DNA from: Klebsormidium nitens
Taxonomy: Eukaryota; Plantae; Klebsormidiophyceae
NCBI GenBank assembly: GCA_000708835.1
Contig: DF237083.1
Span: 1-64,000 of the forward strand
Length of the DNA: 64,000 nt
Reading direction: 5' to 3'
In this document: positions 1 through 13,575 of the stretch, piece after piece
Position numbering within the stretch: the first letter of the stretch is position 1
Layout of the letters: every line of letters begins with the position of its first letter
The notes under the pieces: model-generated
What the model was told of the DNA's origin: nothing
The model's database searches: none
Seen by the model: only the letters and a program-made list of their open reading frames with translations
Position numbers and translations under genes: made by a program

Positions 1-193
1 GCAAATCAGGTAGGGTTCCGGAGCTCCATGTGCCCTCTGTGCTGCTTTCGCCAGGTATCTCTCTGCTTCAGGATCCTGGAAACCCGCTGGAACCGGAACC
101 CGGTCATGGAGCGTGGCGATCCTAAAAGCTCAAAAGTGAGTGTTCTGGCAGCGGGTTCAGAGTTGCTCCACAGAATTAAGGTCCCTGCTCTCA

Positions 194-2220
194 TTACAGG
201 TTCAGATGGATGTCTGCAACGACAACCCTAAGAGACGACTGATGATGCTTTAAAAGCCCCTGGCTCTTGAAAAGGCCCCGATATCCAGCAAAGCTGGCCC
301 AAGAAATGTGAGCAGCGACAGGTCCCAAAAGCTTATCTCGTTGAATTTTACGAACATTGTTCCAGAACGGTTCAGACCTGAAAGAGCCAAGCAGACGCTT
401 CAGCAACCACACACACCAGCCCTGCATGTCCAAGACTGACGCCCCAGGACAAGGACATTCACCTCTCCCATAGTCAACATCCGGCATTTCCACGGCCCCT
501 GAAGCGCCCGCGCCCTCGGCCCCTCCCCCTCGTGCAGCAGCTGGGACACAGAGAGAAGGGCGTTAGCGGATGCGTGTTCACATGAAGCTGGCAGCCAGCC
601 TTCCCCGCAAAATTTGGCAGAGTCTGCGGGCAAGCCAGACCATTGGCAGGCAGCAACTGAGGCCAAAAACTCTCAGAGCACACCAGTGGGTCCCTATGGG
701 TATGCTTGAGGACGACTGACGAGAGTCTCACGCAGCTGAATTTCCTTGCATATCCAGGGTGTGAGCTTCAGCAACCAACAGCAGTGATGTGCTCTGACAT
801 ACGCCAATCTCCCAAAGACTCAACGGCTATGTCAAAGATCTCTTCCTGCCCTTTCATTGCAACCAGCACAGTGAACTACTCTCTTGGATCAAGGCAAGTG
901 AGCATCCACCCTGGCGGCTGCAAAATCCTTGAATATGCTGGCAAGCATCAAGCTTGCAAAGGGACTTTGTTTGATGACGTTGAACAAGACCACCCTGACA
1001 AGACCTACAGCCTGCTTAATTAATGCCACAGATTGAATTGCGACAAACAGAGATTGTAAAGTGACTCGTTGAGCATTGCCGTAGATTAAGCAGAGGCTGC
1101 CTTGGATGCTGCGACCAGGCAACTTTTATACCAAACACCGAGCTCAGAGATCATGCGAACTCATTCTGGCCTGACAGGTGAACCAACCCGGGAAGCAGAG
1201 GGACAGTCTCCAAACAGGCACCGACACACTGGGGGGTTGGTGTGGATCACTGCGTTTACCATAAACCAGAGAGCTCCGGCACTCTGCCCGACAGCAGACA
1301 TGCACGAATGTTTGCATAGGCTGACCGTCAAATGAATGTTGTTCCAAAGACGACTGACTGCGGTGGTACGAACCACAGCGTCTACCCAAAACCAGAAAGC
1401 CCCAGCACTCTGCCCAGCCGCATGCATGCACGAAAGCTATTGCACAGGTCTGACATTTGTTTTGATGATCCATTGAATGCTGCTCTATGGTTTCAAGCGA
1501 TCATATGCTACTCTCAGATAGCAAACCAAGTGCCATGACTATTTGCTGACTGGAGCCGCTCCTCTTTGTCCTACACTGGTCGGAACAACTTGTAATGGTT
1601 GCAGGCATGCACAATTCCTACAACAATGGTCTGGCATGTCGAGGGACTCTTCACAAAGCTTATTCAGATGAGCAGAACTTACACCAACTTTGAAAACCAG
1701 TCAGCGACTCACCTGCAGATGTAGACTGAGCCCTCTGGAGAATTAGCTGGTGCTTGCCATCCAGAGGATCAAGTTTACCATAAACATGGATTTTCGCAGG
1801 GTTGAGGTCCAAAAAGACGCCGTCAGCAGGCTCGTCATCATTAAAGCCAGCCGCTCTAATGTGCCTGAGGAGCAGCTCTACTTCTGCTGATGTAATACGA
1901 GGGACACTCTCTAGCGCCTGCCGGATGGTCACCATTGCTCGGTGAATCTTGCTGGCTCCCTGAGTTGCTTCCTCACGAGTTGAATTGACCCTTCCCAAGA
2001 AGAAAGCCTTTGGATACCGTAATGCGAACGAGTCTCCTTGACTCCTTGCCAAGCAAGAATGACCGTTCCTGCTCTGGTCCCCAAACTTCCACGAAAGTGG
2101 GCCAACGACAGGGTTGCCTGGCACCTGGTCCGAAATCCGGTTTCTCCACGCTTCTTTCCCTTCAAGTACCTTCAAGGGCGACTCCGGTGGGTGAAGATTT
2201 GGGTAGGTAGGGTTCTCAGG
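194..2220 (-). other. Probable multi-exon Cys-rich protein-coding gene or decayed transposase-like gene; structure unresolved, may extend beyond the window start
   Basis: Long open frame 1660-2466 ends at a strong donor (CAG|GTGAGT, exon edge 1713). Candidate downstream exons encode Cys clusters (CKHSCMSAVGQSAGALWF...CRC at about 1185-1320; ECPCPG...VVVAD at 194-493). Resemblance to CxC/SWIM-associated KDZ-type transposases is a weak impression only. Confidence 0.3.
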
Positions 2221-2980
2221 CTGGGCCGAGGTAGTAACATAGAAGGTAACGGTTCGCAGAAGAGCGGTAATGGTGAGTGCTAGGCCCCCTATGGCCGAGT
2301 CCGCGTGTGTGTATGGCGGATAGCTTATACAACAGGCAATCCCCCGGGGGAGTTGGGGGGAAATGTAAGGTCGCGCCAACTGGGGCTGACGGTCGCGGCG
2401 CGCGACGGTGTGGGCCGGGGGCCCAGGCCCAGGGTTTAGGTACTTATCTTGCCAGCGATCGTGCATGCATTTTCGACAGCTCCGTACTGCAGCTGTGCGC
2501 GATTACGGTAGTATATACCTAGGTCAACTTCGTACAGTTTGCACTTCGTACAGCTCATGTCAGCCTGTTGTACCTGTTGTACGCTCAGCTGTGCTTGAGT
2601 GCATTGTCTTATCAAACGAACAGAGGACATAGTGGAGCTAGATGAACGTGTGACGGTGCTGACCGCCTAGCTCTCTTTTTCAAAGTCGTCCTAAAACCTA
2701 AACACTTAAAGGAGATTGGCGCCAGCTTGCATCACTGACTTCCTTCCTTCGTTGCTGACTTGTCCACGAGCTCCAGTGTTGCTAGATGCAGCTAGATAGA
2801 TGGTGGCAGGCAGGTTGAAGTCAATAACAAAAAGAAAGGTTTATGTCTGTGTGAACTCTTGCTGTGGCCACGGCGCACATTAGGGAGGAGGAAAGCTGAT
2901 CAGGCAGCTGCCAAAAGGTTTCACACAGTTTTCCGTTCTCCTGGCCTGTAAGACAAGGCTGTTCTCCATTTTGTGGCAAG

Positions 2981-5900
2981 ATGGCCAGCAAGAAGGGCAA
3001 GCCTGTTCCTCTGGCTGAGGCGTCCAAGAAAGGCAGCAAGAAAGAGCCGCCACCGCCGAGCCCCAGAACTCTAGCTGCGCTGGAGGAGAAGGCCGCACTC
3101 GAACGAGCGGAGCGGGATGGCGCAGTGCAAGAGTTCCTCACGGTAGGTTACCGCTGAATGTGTCTATCAACTTGTTAGTCACGCAGCTTTGCACAGAAAA
3201 AGAATTTCTTTGACATTGTTATTTCACTCTTTTGAAAATACCTAAGAATATTACCACCTTCTTGATGGTCAAGGGACATTACCAAGTCATTGGGAAAAAG
3301 AGGCCACCATACAGCCTCTTAAATCTAAAATGCTTCCTGAGCTCACACTCAATGGATTTTAGCTATGATTGAATCTTTGAAGTCGGAAGTGTAGGTCCAT
3401 TTGTGTTGCTTTCATTAATAATCTATGTGGGTCCTAACTCTCATCAAATGAGTTGCAGGACAAGAGACACATAACCACTTTAAGAATGACAGTTATGGGT
3501 ATATAGGCGCAAGGCCGAATCTGCAGCCACTCAGAGAGTGCTGCATACTTTTTCCATGTTGTCTCCCTTTTAAAACAAAGTGAACGAATTGTGAATCAGT
3601 TACAATGGTTATGCATCGTCTACCCTGAGGTGGTGCTCCAAGGCAGCAGACCGCCTGCCAAAAAAAATAATGAAATGTTTCCGTGGTTAAAGCACCATTT
3701 ATCAGGTGCGCTTGCATGCGGACACAAATCAAGGTGACTCACAACCACTGTCCGCAATGTTTCAGGATGTTTTGGATAAAGTGGATGCGATCGAGGAGGA
3801 AAAGGAGATCCAGCGAATGTTGATACCGTACGCGGTTGATAGGGTCTTGGACGAGGCCATGAAAGCTCTAGAGCTCATCAATGTGCCAAGACCTCCCAAG
3901 TGGCGCGAGGCAAGCATCGGGAACTGGGCTGAAGATGAAGAACCAGAGGTGAGCCTCTCTTCTACCACGGTAGATTGCAAGCAGCCAAAGAGCAAGAAAG
4001 TGGTTTCAATGACGAGCATGCGCCACTGGAGTCTGAGAACGCTCCTTGAGGCTTCAAAACTCGGGTACGAATATGCTCATGAAGAGTAGAGTGATATGCA
4101 AGACCAATTAAGACTTGATGGCATACAGCCCGGTGGTATGCTGTCCTTGCTGATTATGGGAGCAAAGGCGTTATGGCATAGCCCTTAGTGGATCCAGTAA
4201 GCATTAGCGCAAAGGTGGCGGTGTCCATTGAGTGGCATCTTGGCAAACGGCACCGTGATGTTCCCCTCCTGAGACTTGACCACGGCAGAAGAGGCGGAAG
4301 AAATGTCAGACAGGGTTCAATTACGGCGCCGCCTGCTGGATGTCTCCCATTACAAACACGCAATTTTGCAAAACAGACCTTACTGGTTTATGCTATACTT
4401 TTTCGAGGCAGTAGGCATCGGCTGGCCTACTTGCGTTTCCAACAAACTTCTTAAGCTGCAGTTATAAAACTCAGTAACTCCATCCTGAGACCATACAACC
4501 CAACGTACTTGCTCCAAATCAAGCACGCCAGGTCCACTCTCAACTTACGACGACTTCCTTTGAGACAACTCCCAAAGCTTCTCTCGCACACCTCCCAGGT
4601 CCCGGTGATTGACACTTGGGCTCGGGGTGCAATTCCAATCAAGAGGCGGCCCCCGCCAGCAGTGTCAGAGATCCGAAGCCCTACTGTCACCTCCCCGAGT
4701 GGACTCGGCCGAACCAACGGGAAAGGGTTCGGCGCACTCCGGTCCAGTCGCTCGCCTTCTCGACGAGTTAGCATAAATGGGAGCGTGAAAGGGGAGGGCC
4801 GGGCAGAGTCAGTCATGAGTACTAGCAAGTAAGTGAAGTGGTTCCCAGGAGCAAGCCAAAAGCAGAGTACTCAAGGGTCGTTCGGTGATGATTGTACGAA
4901 GCTCGCGTCGTTCCTATTGACTGTCGATTGCACGAAGTTTGGGTGGTCACCCTTACGTCTATCGGATCGCTGTTCCTCTAGTGTAAAGGAATACTTGAAG
5001 AGCCGGAGAAACACGGCTTCGATGGTGCATTGCCTGATTCCATGCTCCGCTACAATCTGTATCCATTCCTCGACCCGCTTTTAAAAGTAATCGACTTACT
5101 TGCGGTGCAGGAATGAAGAGGAAATTCTCGGTTTACTGCTGTAACTACTAGCCAACCGGCTAACCCGCTTCTACTAATAGCCGGCTTTCTTTCCGTGCAG
5201 AATCAACACGTCGGCCATGAAGCGCCTGGTCGACCTGTCCAGCCGCGCGCCGCTCCCGACTCTTCCGGTCGCCCCCCCTCCCCTCCCCAAGCTGATGCAA
5301 GAAATCCACGCGCGCAAAAAGGAGCTCGCGAGCCACGACGCCGAAGAGGAGCAGCGGTTGAGGGAGGAGATTGCGATCCGGCAGGCGAAGGAGAAAGTGA
5401 GGCCTCGAAGTTCGTTTGTCACAAGCTGTTGACAGTTTCCTCCCACTGTTGGAGAAGTGTGTATAGCCTGACGGAGTCGGGAGAAGAGCGAGGGCTTAGT
5501 ACGCATTCCGCGTGCCGTTTGAAAGAGTCCTCTGCTTAGCTCTCCCGTGACGAAATGTGCTGTGGAGACAAGCAGGCATGTATAAAGTGGGAGCTCAGAT
5601 TGAATTCTAACTTCCTCCATCTCATGAGGGCGCTATTCTTTCTCATCCGCCAGTCCTATCATTTTTCTTTTGGGAGCTTATGGTTGCTTGCTTCTGCAGC
5701 GCTGAGATGACTCTCGCTCAACCCCCTGATCCTTTCAAGAACCTTGCACTCGGAGAATCCCCTCAAGCAGAACCCCACTTCAAAGCCCTTCCGATTACGC
5801 AGGGAGCGTAGACCCATCTCGCTTCCGTTCCGTTTGTTTGCCACAAGCTTTCTTTTCCACACGAAAACGTGAGTCTCCCGTTAGACTAAAACCCTTTCAA

Positions 5901-7029
5901 AACCCCTCGCAGCTGCGCAAGGAGCGCGCGGATCGCGACGCGGCCGACGTGGCGCGGCTGGCGGAGGTGCAAAAGGGTCTGCGCGCGCAGAATTACGGTT
6001 ACAGCCACAGCGGGGAGCTGGTGGTCCTCCAAAACGTCGACGTCGAGCGGCTGCCGGCGCCGACGGTCGGGCCCAAGGTCGCCATAGCCGATGCGGGTAA
6101 GGAGCGCTTATAGCCCGCGTCTGGGCTCGCACAAGCTGGTTGAAAAGGTTGAATTCGCGCGTCGAGGCTGTGTAATAGTTGGACACCTATGTGTTTGACC
6201 AAGAAAGGACTGAAAGATATGGCTCGGAGTTTTGTGCTTGCGAATTGCAACGCTGGCTTACGTCCTGGTTAGAGAAGGCGACGTGGAAGCGAGCTGTACT
6301 GAACCCAGCGTATAGTTATCATCCGGAAAGCAATCCGACGATTGGACAGCCTGATCGCTTATCCGCCAAGTAGTGATGAACACGATATTTGTTCAGACGG
6401 ATTCCCAAGGGGTTATCCATTATCTTTTGACACAGAGTCCTCATCACCTCTTCGATCTAGAGTTCGACCCTCGATTAGCAAGCCGGAGGACGCACCTGCA
6501 GAGGAAACGCGCTGCTAAAAGTTGCCCTCGCGTCCTTTCTCCATTGGTTGCGTTTCTCACTGATCCGGTTTCGTTCCTTTTCTTGGCAGCCCCTTTGGAC
6601 GGAAAGCAGGCACGCATGCGGAGCAGCAGCCGCAGCCTGAGCCGTCAGACGACGTCAGTCGCACCGTCTCCCGCGCCCGTGCTCACAAAAGTGCCCACAA
6701 CAAAGAGCGTAAAATCTGTCGAGGATGCAGGGAAGGCTAGCGGGAAATCCGGGGCGCCTGACTTCATTCCTGCGGCGCAGACAGGGCTTGCGCGGACCGG
6801 GGTCCTTGTCGATTCGATAAAACTGTCGTCTGGGGTGACGTTGAAAGTGGGCGCGAACGTGCGGTCGGGGGGAGTTGTGCAGCACGATAATGGGCACGTG
6901 TCCAGGAAAGAGTATCTGACAATGAAAGAGACGGGAGATGCACAGAAAGCGCCTACTAGCGATCGGAGACGGGAGAGGCGCGTAACAAATCTCGTTTTAC
7001 CGGTCATCGAGAAGCCGAAGAGCCGATGA
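2981..7029 (+). CDS. C2orf81/DUF4639-like uncharacterised protein, probably cilia-associated
   Basis: Exons 2981-3142, 3766-3948, 4599-4828, 5111-5140 (tentative micro-exon), 5201-5396, 5913-6096, 6590-7029 splice in frame with GT-AG. The motif IPYAV...WAEDEEPE|VPVIDTWARGAIP resembles my recollection of the C2orf81 core (IPFT...WGEDEEP...DSWAQGSVP). Gene structure is solid; the family call is moderate. Confidence 0.6.
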
Positions 7030-8189
7030 GGGCCGTACGAAAGCTCAAGCCTGGTTTGTTACCAATGCGTGTACAGTAGCACCTGACGCCTTTAATCATT
7101 CTTAGTACCTGACTGCGCTCCGGGTCTCCCTCTTGAACAGAATGAAAAACTTTGCCTTCTGAAAGGAGGACCAGAGAAGAGATTAGACCAGGTCAGTTCA
7201 AATGCTCGACCTGACAGATTCACTCCCTTCCGATCCGGATATGCATTTGCAACAAACGACTTCCTCATGATTGTGATCTGCTCACAACGATACCGCAAGT
7301 TGAGGGTGCGTTGTCGTTGAACTATGAGTCAACCCATGTTTACAAGGAGCCATCAAGGCGAGTTGCTCCTGATGTCCACCTGAACCCCGAATCTGCAGCC
7401 CGTAGTTCGAACATTATTTGATATAGTCATCTGCACGAACGCGATCGTGTGTAGACACTTCGTTATATTGCCAAATCAGCGAGGTGGTGCTGAGTTGCGA
7501 TTGACATCTTGAACGTCGGCAACTGTGAATGATATAGAGTTGCTTTCTCACGTATGTATTATAGTAGGCAATGCAGCTGACAAAACGACGTAGGTACTCC
7601 TCGTTACACCCCTTTTCAGTCACAAAGAGCATGGAGCTGGGAGCATGGAGCTCAGCGGCTGCAGAATCGTCCCATCCGACTAACGCCAGCTCGGCTTAAT
7701 GGGCAAGTGACGTTCTGTAGCTCATGCAGTATAGCGCATGGCGGCCCCGGCCTCGGCCCGGGGCGCGTGCCAAGAGCTCAGGTTGCAACATGGCAGTCGC
7801 TCGATGGCTGCCGAGGCCATGTGATTGCCACGTCGGCTGTGCTTCCAGGCTGCATAATGTGCAGTGTGCACACGCTGATCATGTGCTGACTCCTGATCAT
7901 GTCCCGACTCCTGCGCACCACATTCAAATTGGGTTCCTCAATCCTTTAAGTTTATAGAAGCTACAGCTAGAGCTGCATTGCAGCTTTGCTTTATAGCTGT
8001 GGCTCCAGGACAGGCTGGTTCTATTTGCGGCTTGAAAGATCAAGTGTGCCACCCCAATCAAGGCCCGTCGGACATTTTGGGTGATTATAGGCCTTGGAGA
8101 AAGCTTTGCAAGCAATCTGCATTCATTAGGAATATATGCGAATCTCGTACACAAACCCAGCTGATATTGAACTGAGGCGGTAGCCAATC

Positions 8190-11100
8190 ATGGCGGAGGC
8201 CCGTCAGAAGAGCAGCAAAGACAAGGGTGGTCAGAGCCAAGCTGCGCCTGATGATGTTGAAAGCAAGCGGCTTCGAGACAGGGCCGTCAGCAAAGGCAGT
8301 CTGGCTCGTGCAAAAGCAAGTCCTGCAGACAGCCTCTCTGCTTCCAAAGGTAGGACAAACAGGAATGCCAAGCTACTATCTTGAGTTACACCACTCCATC
8401 AAAGCACGTTGGCGAATTGCGTCGCAAAACTATGTCTCCATGAGAAGGCTGTCTGCCTGATGGCAAGCTTCAGCGAGAATCTCAATTGCTAGGAATGATG
8501 CCGCTTTTATTCATTTATGACAAGTTCCTTACTGGAGATCTCATGCTTTGTTTGCAGCAATTTTGAGATGCAATGGCAAGGACATTGTGAAGAGGGGCCA
8601 CAGGAAGAACAAGTACCTGTTCTCCTTTCCGGGGCTACTTGCACCCGTTGCTGGTGGACAGCTTGGAGAACTGGCACAGCTTGACACCAAAAACCCTGTG
8701 ATGTACTTCTCATTTCCTGAGGTATGTGAGAAACATTTACAAATGTTTATGTCAAAGAGCACCGCCTGTATTGCATGCTCTGAGAACCTTCAGCGTGCAG
8801 AAGTGACATAGGATTCTTGGAATGCAGCCTAGTGGTGGTTAGCTTAACAACCAAATCATACCACACATTCTTATCCAATCTTCTTCTGTCGTTGTTGTCT
8901 TGTCAATAAGGTTGAGGTGCCGCTCATGGCAGCAATTTCACACCTAGACTGAAGTCTCAGCTTAGAAGAAAACAATATGATACAAAGTAACGGTTGTTGG
9001 CAGGGGCGCTTGAAACTGTTTGGCACACTTGTCTACCCCAAGAATAAGTACTTGACACTGCACTTCTCCAAGGGTGCGGGAAACATTGCTTGCGAGGACT
9101 GCTTCGAAAACATGGTGAGTTGAGCAATACCCTCCCATTGTTTACGGTGTAAGGTGCGAGTTTTCTGTACGCAACAATCACCATCGGAGGCATTGATCCT
9201 ACGCGCTCAGGCATCCTGACCAATCAGCCCAAGACAGTACATGAAGTGGGTTTGGAATAACATGGCAACTTGACTCGAAAGCTGCAGATTCTTTGCTTAA
9301 GTGAGCCTCTTGATGGTCTCTGAAGCCTATGATTTGAAGCTGATTCTGAAGAATCGAAGAGGCCAATGACAGCATAAAGATCCCAGCGCAGTCAAGGCTT
9401 GAATGGTGTGGTTCTCTGGCAGTTCCAGCAGGCGGCATTCGATGTGCAGGTTGTGTTCTCTGAGTACTGGTGGATTGGGTCAAAGGAAGAGAATCCAAAT
9501 GAGGAGCGCCTTGACATGCCTGAGTCGCTCACCAAGGTTAGTTTGGATAATGTCCTGCATCCCCGACGAATCCTCTCCTACTGATGATCCAGAAGGAATC
9601 TGACTTCTACTCTTTCTTCCATCGGTTCGAATCCCAGTTGCATGCCATACCGGCTGATCATGGAAGTCTTCCTGAGAACCCTCACTATCTATCCCCATTT
9701 CCCTTCGATGTTCGTCCACCCATTCAGTCAGTCTCTTCACAGCTTGGTTCCGCGTGAGCTCGGTCAGAGCCTTGGTGTTTCCCCTCTGACCATTGACATC
9801 ACCAGCTAATCCAGTGGTGTGTTGAAAAGGGCGAAAGGGTAGGCCGTAGAAGTCGAGTGTCTAACCGCACCTTTCCCTGTTTCGGTGAAGAGGAGTCTTC
9901 ACGAAGGAGTCGACTTCTCTGGAGGAGCCGCCAGGCAACCTGACACAACGGCAAAGGCTCATCCTGAGGCCACTGCCAGCAAGCCGGCTGAGCCTGACCC
10001 TGACGACCAGGAAGAAGAAGGCGGTACTGCAGGACCAGACGCGCTTGACTCTGAAGCAGAGATCGCCAGAACAGCGCAAGATGATCAGAAAGGCGCTGCA
10101 GCACGGCGGAAGTCTTCGCGGACTGCTGGCAGAAGCTTCAGGTTTGTGATTCCGGCAGTTATCTTGAGGTCTGCGGAATTCAAAGTCTGAGAATGCCAGA
10201 TTGGCATGGTACCGGATAGTGAATCGAGTCTAGACTGTGCTTTCCACTTCTAGCGTGTGTTGCGTGTCATCTTGACGAAGCTGAAGAGAGTACATTGAAG
10301 CTGGCCTTGTCGAAGTTGGTCGAGAGACACTAGTTTTTGTACTGGTCGCTGTGATGGCAGGATGCTCCGTGTCCTTTTGCGGTGCGCGGAGTGTCGGTGC
10401 TCAACAGTCACCCAAGCTTAGAATGTGCAAACTCGCTGGGCTTGCGTTAGACACGCTCCCAAAGGTAGACTGCCGCGGGTGCGAAAGTCGTGCCAAAGGA
10501 ATGGCATTAGAAGCAGGCGAGACATGTGATGTTGCATACCGTCTTGTGCTTAACTGGTGTAGTGAGTACGAGCTCAACTGAGTTTGAATGGTGGTTGATT
10601 CAGGATACTTGATGGTTAATCAATGGTGAATACTTGATCATTTGGTGGTTATCGATGATGGCTAACGGTGGTTCATGGTGGTTAATGGTGGTTAGTTGAT
10701 CAAGTGGTGGTCATTGAGGTTAATTGGTGGTTGATTGATATTAACCGGCGAAGTGAGTACGATGCCCCAGAGCTGATGAGATTGATTCACCAGTTCGAGT
10801 GCGTCTCCTTTTGCGCACAGGTTTGCTGAGCCCAGAACGGACGACGAGTTGGACGACGATGCTGACAGCGACAGTGACGATGTGCCGCTTCGACCGCCCT
10901 CTGCAAAGCCCGCAGTGTCAAGACCACCGAAAGAGAAGCCAGCGAGCGCTGCTGCAAGTGAGTTGCTTACTTTTGATTGCTGAAAGAAAAGCCTCTCTGC
11001 TCTGACAAGGCATGTTCTGATACAAAAGTGAGCACATTTGCTTAGCAAATGTCTTCAAGTTGGGAAACGTGCAGGTATACGTACAAAAAAACCCTAACGC

Positions 11101-12559
11101 TTAGTTTTGCAAGCGGCGCTCGTTCTATCAACCGCATTGCTGTGCTGTGGCGTACCGGTAGCAAGCACTGTTGAGAATCAATCGACCTTCTATACGGGTG
11201 AAAAGCACTTATGAGGAGAGTGAGCTTTTGGTCATGACGTCCCCCGGTGGTTTTCGTATCACAAACTTCGACACGTTTGACTTTTAAAAGGGAAGCGGCT
11301 TCCAGTAATTTTACTCTGGAAACGCCATCGCTATTCGGTATGCTCCATGCAAGACAGTCTGAAGGAGACCCATTTCGAATTTCGCAGGCAAAGCACCCAA
11401 GAAGCGGCCCGTCACCATCAACCTCGACAGCGACGACGAAGGAGAGAACGGAACCCCGGAGACGGAAGCGCAGACACAAGCTCCTCCGAGATCCGTAAGT
11501 TGTGCCAATCGACTCTCATGACTGCATCCAAAGTATGGTCTCATGACGCTTGACGATCACTGTGCTGGTTATACCTGAGCTTGTGTCAAAATCAGACGCC
11601 CGGCTGTTCCAGGTCTTTGATCTGCGCTCTCTGAAGATTTTGAAGACAGCTGTCGGGACTCCTCGTCGTTCTAGTCACGTAAGGCGTGCATTCCCATGCA
11701 CAATCATGGAATAGTCTTCTGGGCATCCCGGAAGGCCACTAAAGCTCGGATGGGATTCGAAGAGAAGCTCGATTGAAAAGTCTGGCGAACAGCTCGGCTT
11801 CTAGAGTCTGAAGCAGTGCTTAATCTTTCCGCAGAAACGAAAAGCCACTTCGGCTGCCAAAGCGCCAGCGGGCAAGAAGGCAAAGAAAGGCCGAAAGGTA
11901 AGGGTCTAGCCCCGCTTTCGTGTTTGTAAGCAAATTCGTGCATCTGTTTTCTGTTTTTCCAGGGTCAATCAGCGCGTGACGAACCTTCTAAGACAGAGGG
12001 GTATAAGTAATTTTTTTGCTACTTTATGGGGATCGTGTGGATGCTATTCGACGATAAACGAGAAAGGCGCGGAGGTTGCTCGTTCGATGCATCACACCGG
12101 AAAGTCGCAAGGACGACTAGGTCTTGTCTGGAGGAAAGTCGACGGGATGACCTGATCCGAGGGCCCGTAAGTCGTCCTCTTGCAGACAAATTCAAGCGCA
12201 CTCGAAATGTCAATTTTCAATTACTTTCAGGAGGAGGATGAGGACGCGGGCGAAGGGAGCAGCGAAGACATCCCTACGGAACCAAGCGACGTAAGACTCT
12301 AACCTCATGTGCGTCTTTTACGTCGTCTTCCGCAGCCGAATATCAACTGCTTGAGCTCTCAATTCGCCTTTGCGTGAACTTGAAGAGGGCGTCAATTCTT
12401 CAGTATAAGCGCTGATCGGCCAGTTCTTCCACGCTCTGCAAAATGCTTGTTGATGCTCAAAGTGTCTTTTCTTGAAGTCAAGAGAACCAGATGCAAGATT
12501 GAAAATTCGTTTAATCGTGGTCACAGGACGACGACAGCGATGAGGAGTGGAAGTTGTGA
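8190..12559 (+). CDS. RHL1: DNA-binding protein RHL1 (ROOT HAIRLESS 1), plant topoisomerase VI accessory subunit
   Basis: Exons 8190-8349, 8558-8721, 9004-9114, 9450-9536, 9891-10141, 10821-10957, 11388-11494, 11835-11897, (11963-12000/12006 and 12121-12166 tentative), 12231-12290, 12527-12559. Core KDIVKRGHRKNKYLFSFPGLLAP...KNPVMYFSFPEGRLKLFGTLVYPKNKYLTL...FSEYWWIGSKEENP matches Arabidopsis RHL1. Basic/acidic low-complexity C-terminus. Confidence 0.93.
10581..10740. repeat. Degenerate (AATGGTGGTT)n-like simple repeat in RHL1 intron 5
   Basis: Recurrent aatggtggtt/atggttaat/ggtggtt units seen directly. Confidence 0.6.
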
Positions 12560-13575
12560 GCGTGCCTCGCCGAGGAAGAATGCAGACGCAACGTGTTTTC
12601 AAGTATATTGACAGAAGAGACCTTGGCATGCAGTGTAATTGGATCTGGCAACCGCGAGAAATTTTGAAAGACTGGTTAGCCCTGCCAGCTTTGGCAAAGA
12701 GCGCGTTGGTGGTTCCGATAATTGTAAAGAACGATTTCAATTGGTCATGTGCGGCCAACACTAACAGATCCACAGTCAATGCTCAAGCATGCTCTTGCTT
12801 CATCCCAATCCTCAGGGATCGAGCTTGAATTTCTAAAGCCAAATAGGTCGTGAAGAAATTTGCAATCCTCACGTGAATTAGATTCCGCATGGCGGCATGC
12901 ATGCAGACCGCATGTGTATACACCGAGCTACCCAGCCCACGAGCTCTATGGCAAGCTATCTGACTGCTGACTGTTCGATCGGCTAGCTCGATATATGCGA
13001 CCGATGTATATGGATCGATCGCGCGCACGAGTCTTTTTAGCTTAAGACACACCGGTATGCCATGTAAGAATTTCGCATTTACCGCAAGTGCTAACCTATA
13101 GTGATGATCGAGTCGTGCATGTGACATTCCCTGATCGACTGGCATCCCATGTCACGGATTCACCCAACTTTTACCGTACCAAAGCCAATGTGACTTTTGA
13201 TACTCAACTTGGCCGCATGATTGAGTCGGACAATCTGGAATTAGCGCAGGAGGCAATTAAGGAAAACGTGCATCGCATAGTTGCACGATTCAAACATGTA
13301 CACAAACCGCTAAGCAATCTAGTAGCGCATCGTCTGAGGCAATCGCCTTTTGAGATCTGTGCAACTCTACTACGATCTTGAAGTACTCCGTCTAATCCTA
13401 GCTAACGCGATTCAGCCTCAATGCGACAACCTAATACGAAATGTCTTACAGTCACAACAACTTCACTCGAGCGGCCATTTCAAGCGCGCATCAGGCAGTG
13501 TAGATACGGCGATGCTCGCTTACACGGAGGGCAGGGAATGTACAAAAGAATCTGGTAAGCACGATTGTGCTCAGC

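Noticed and set aside
474-560. RGRGRGRGRFRGRG as a GAR/RGG-domain gene
   Set aside because: Short GC-rich low-complexity stretch with no start, splice or domain support
12780-13560. Palindrome-rich (CATG/GATC/AGCT) segment between RHL1 and desaturase 3' ends as an RNA gene or element
   Set aside because: Only scattered 4-6 nt palindromes; no tRNA/snoRNA boxes or terminal repeats identifiable
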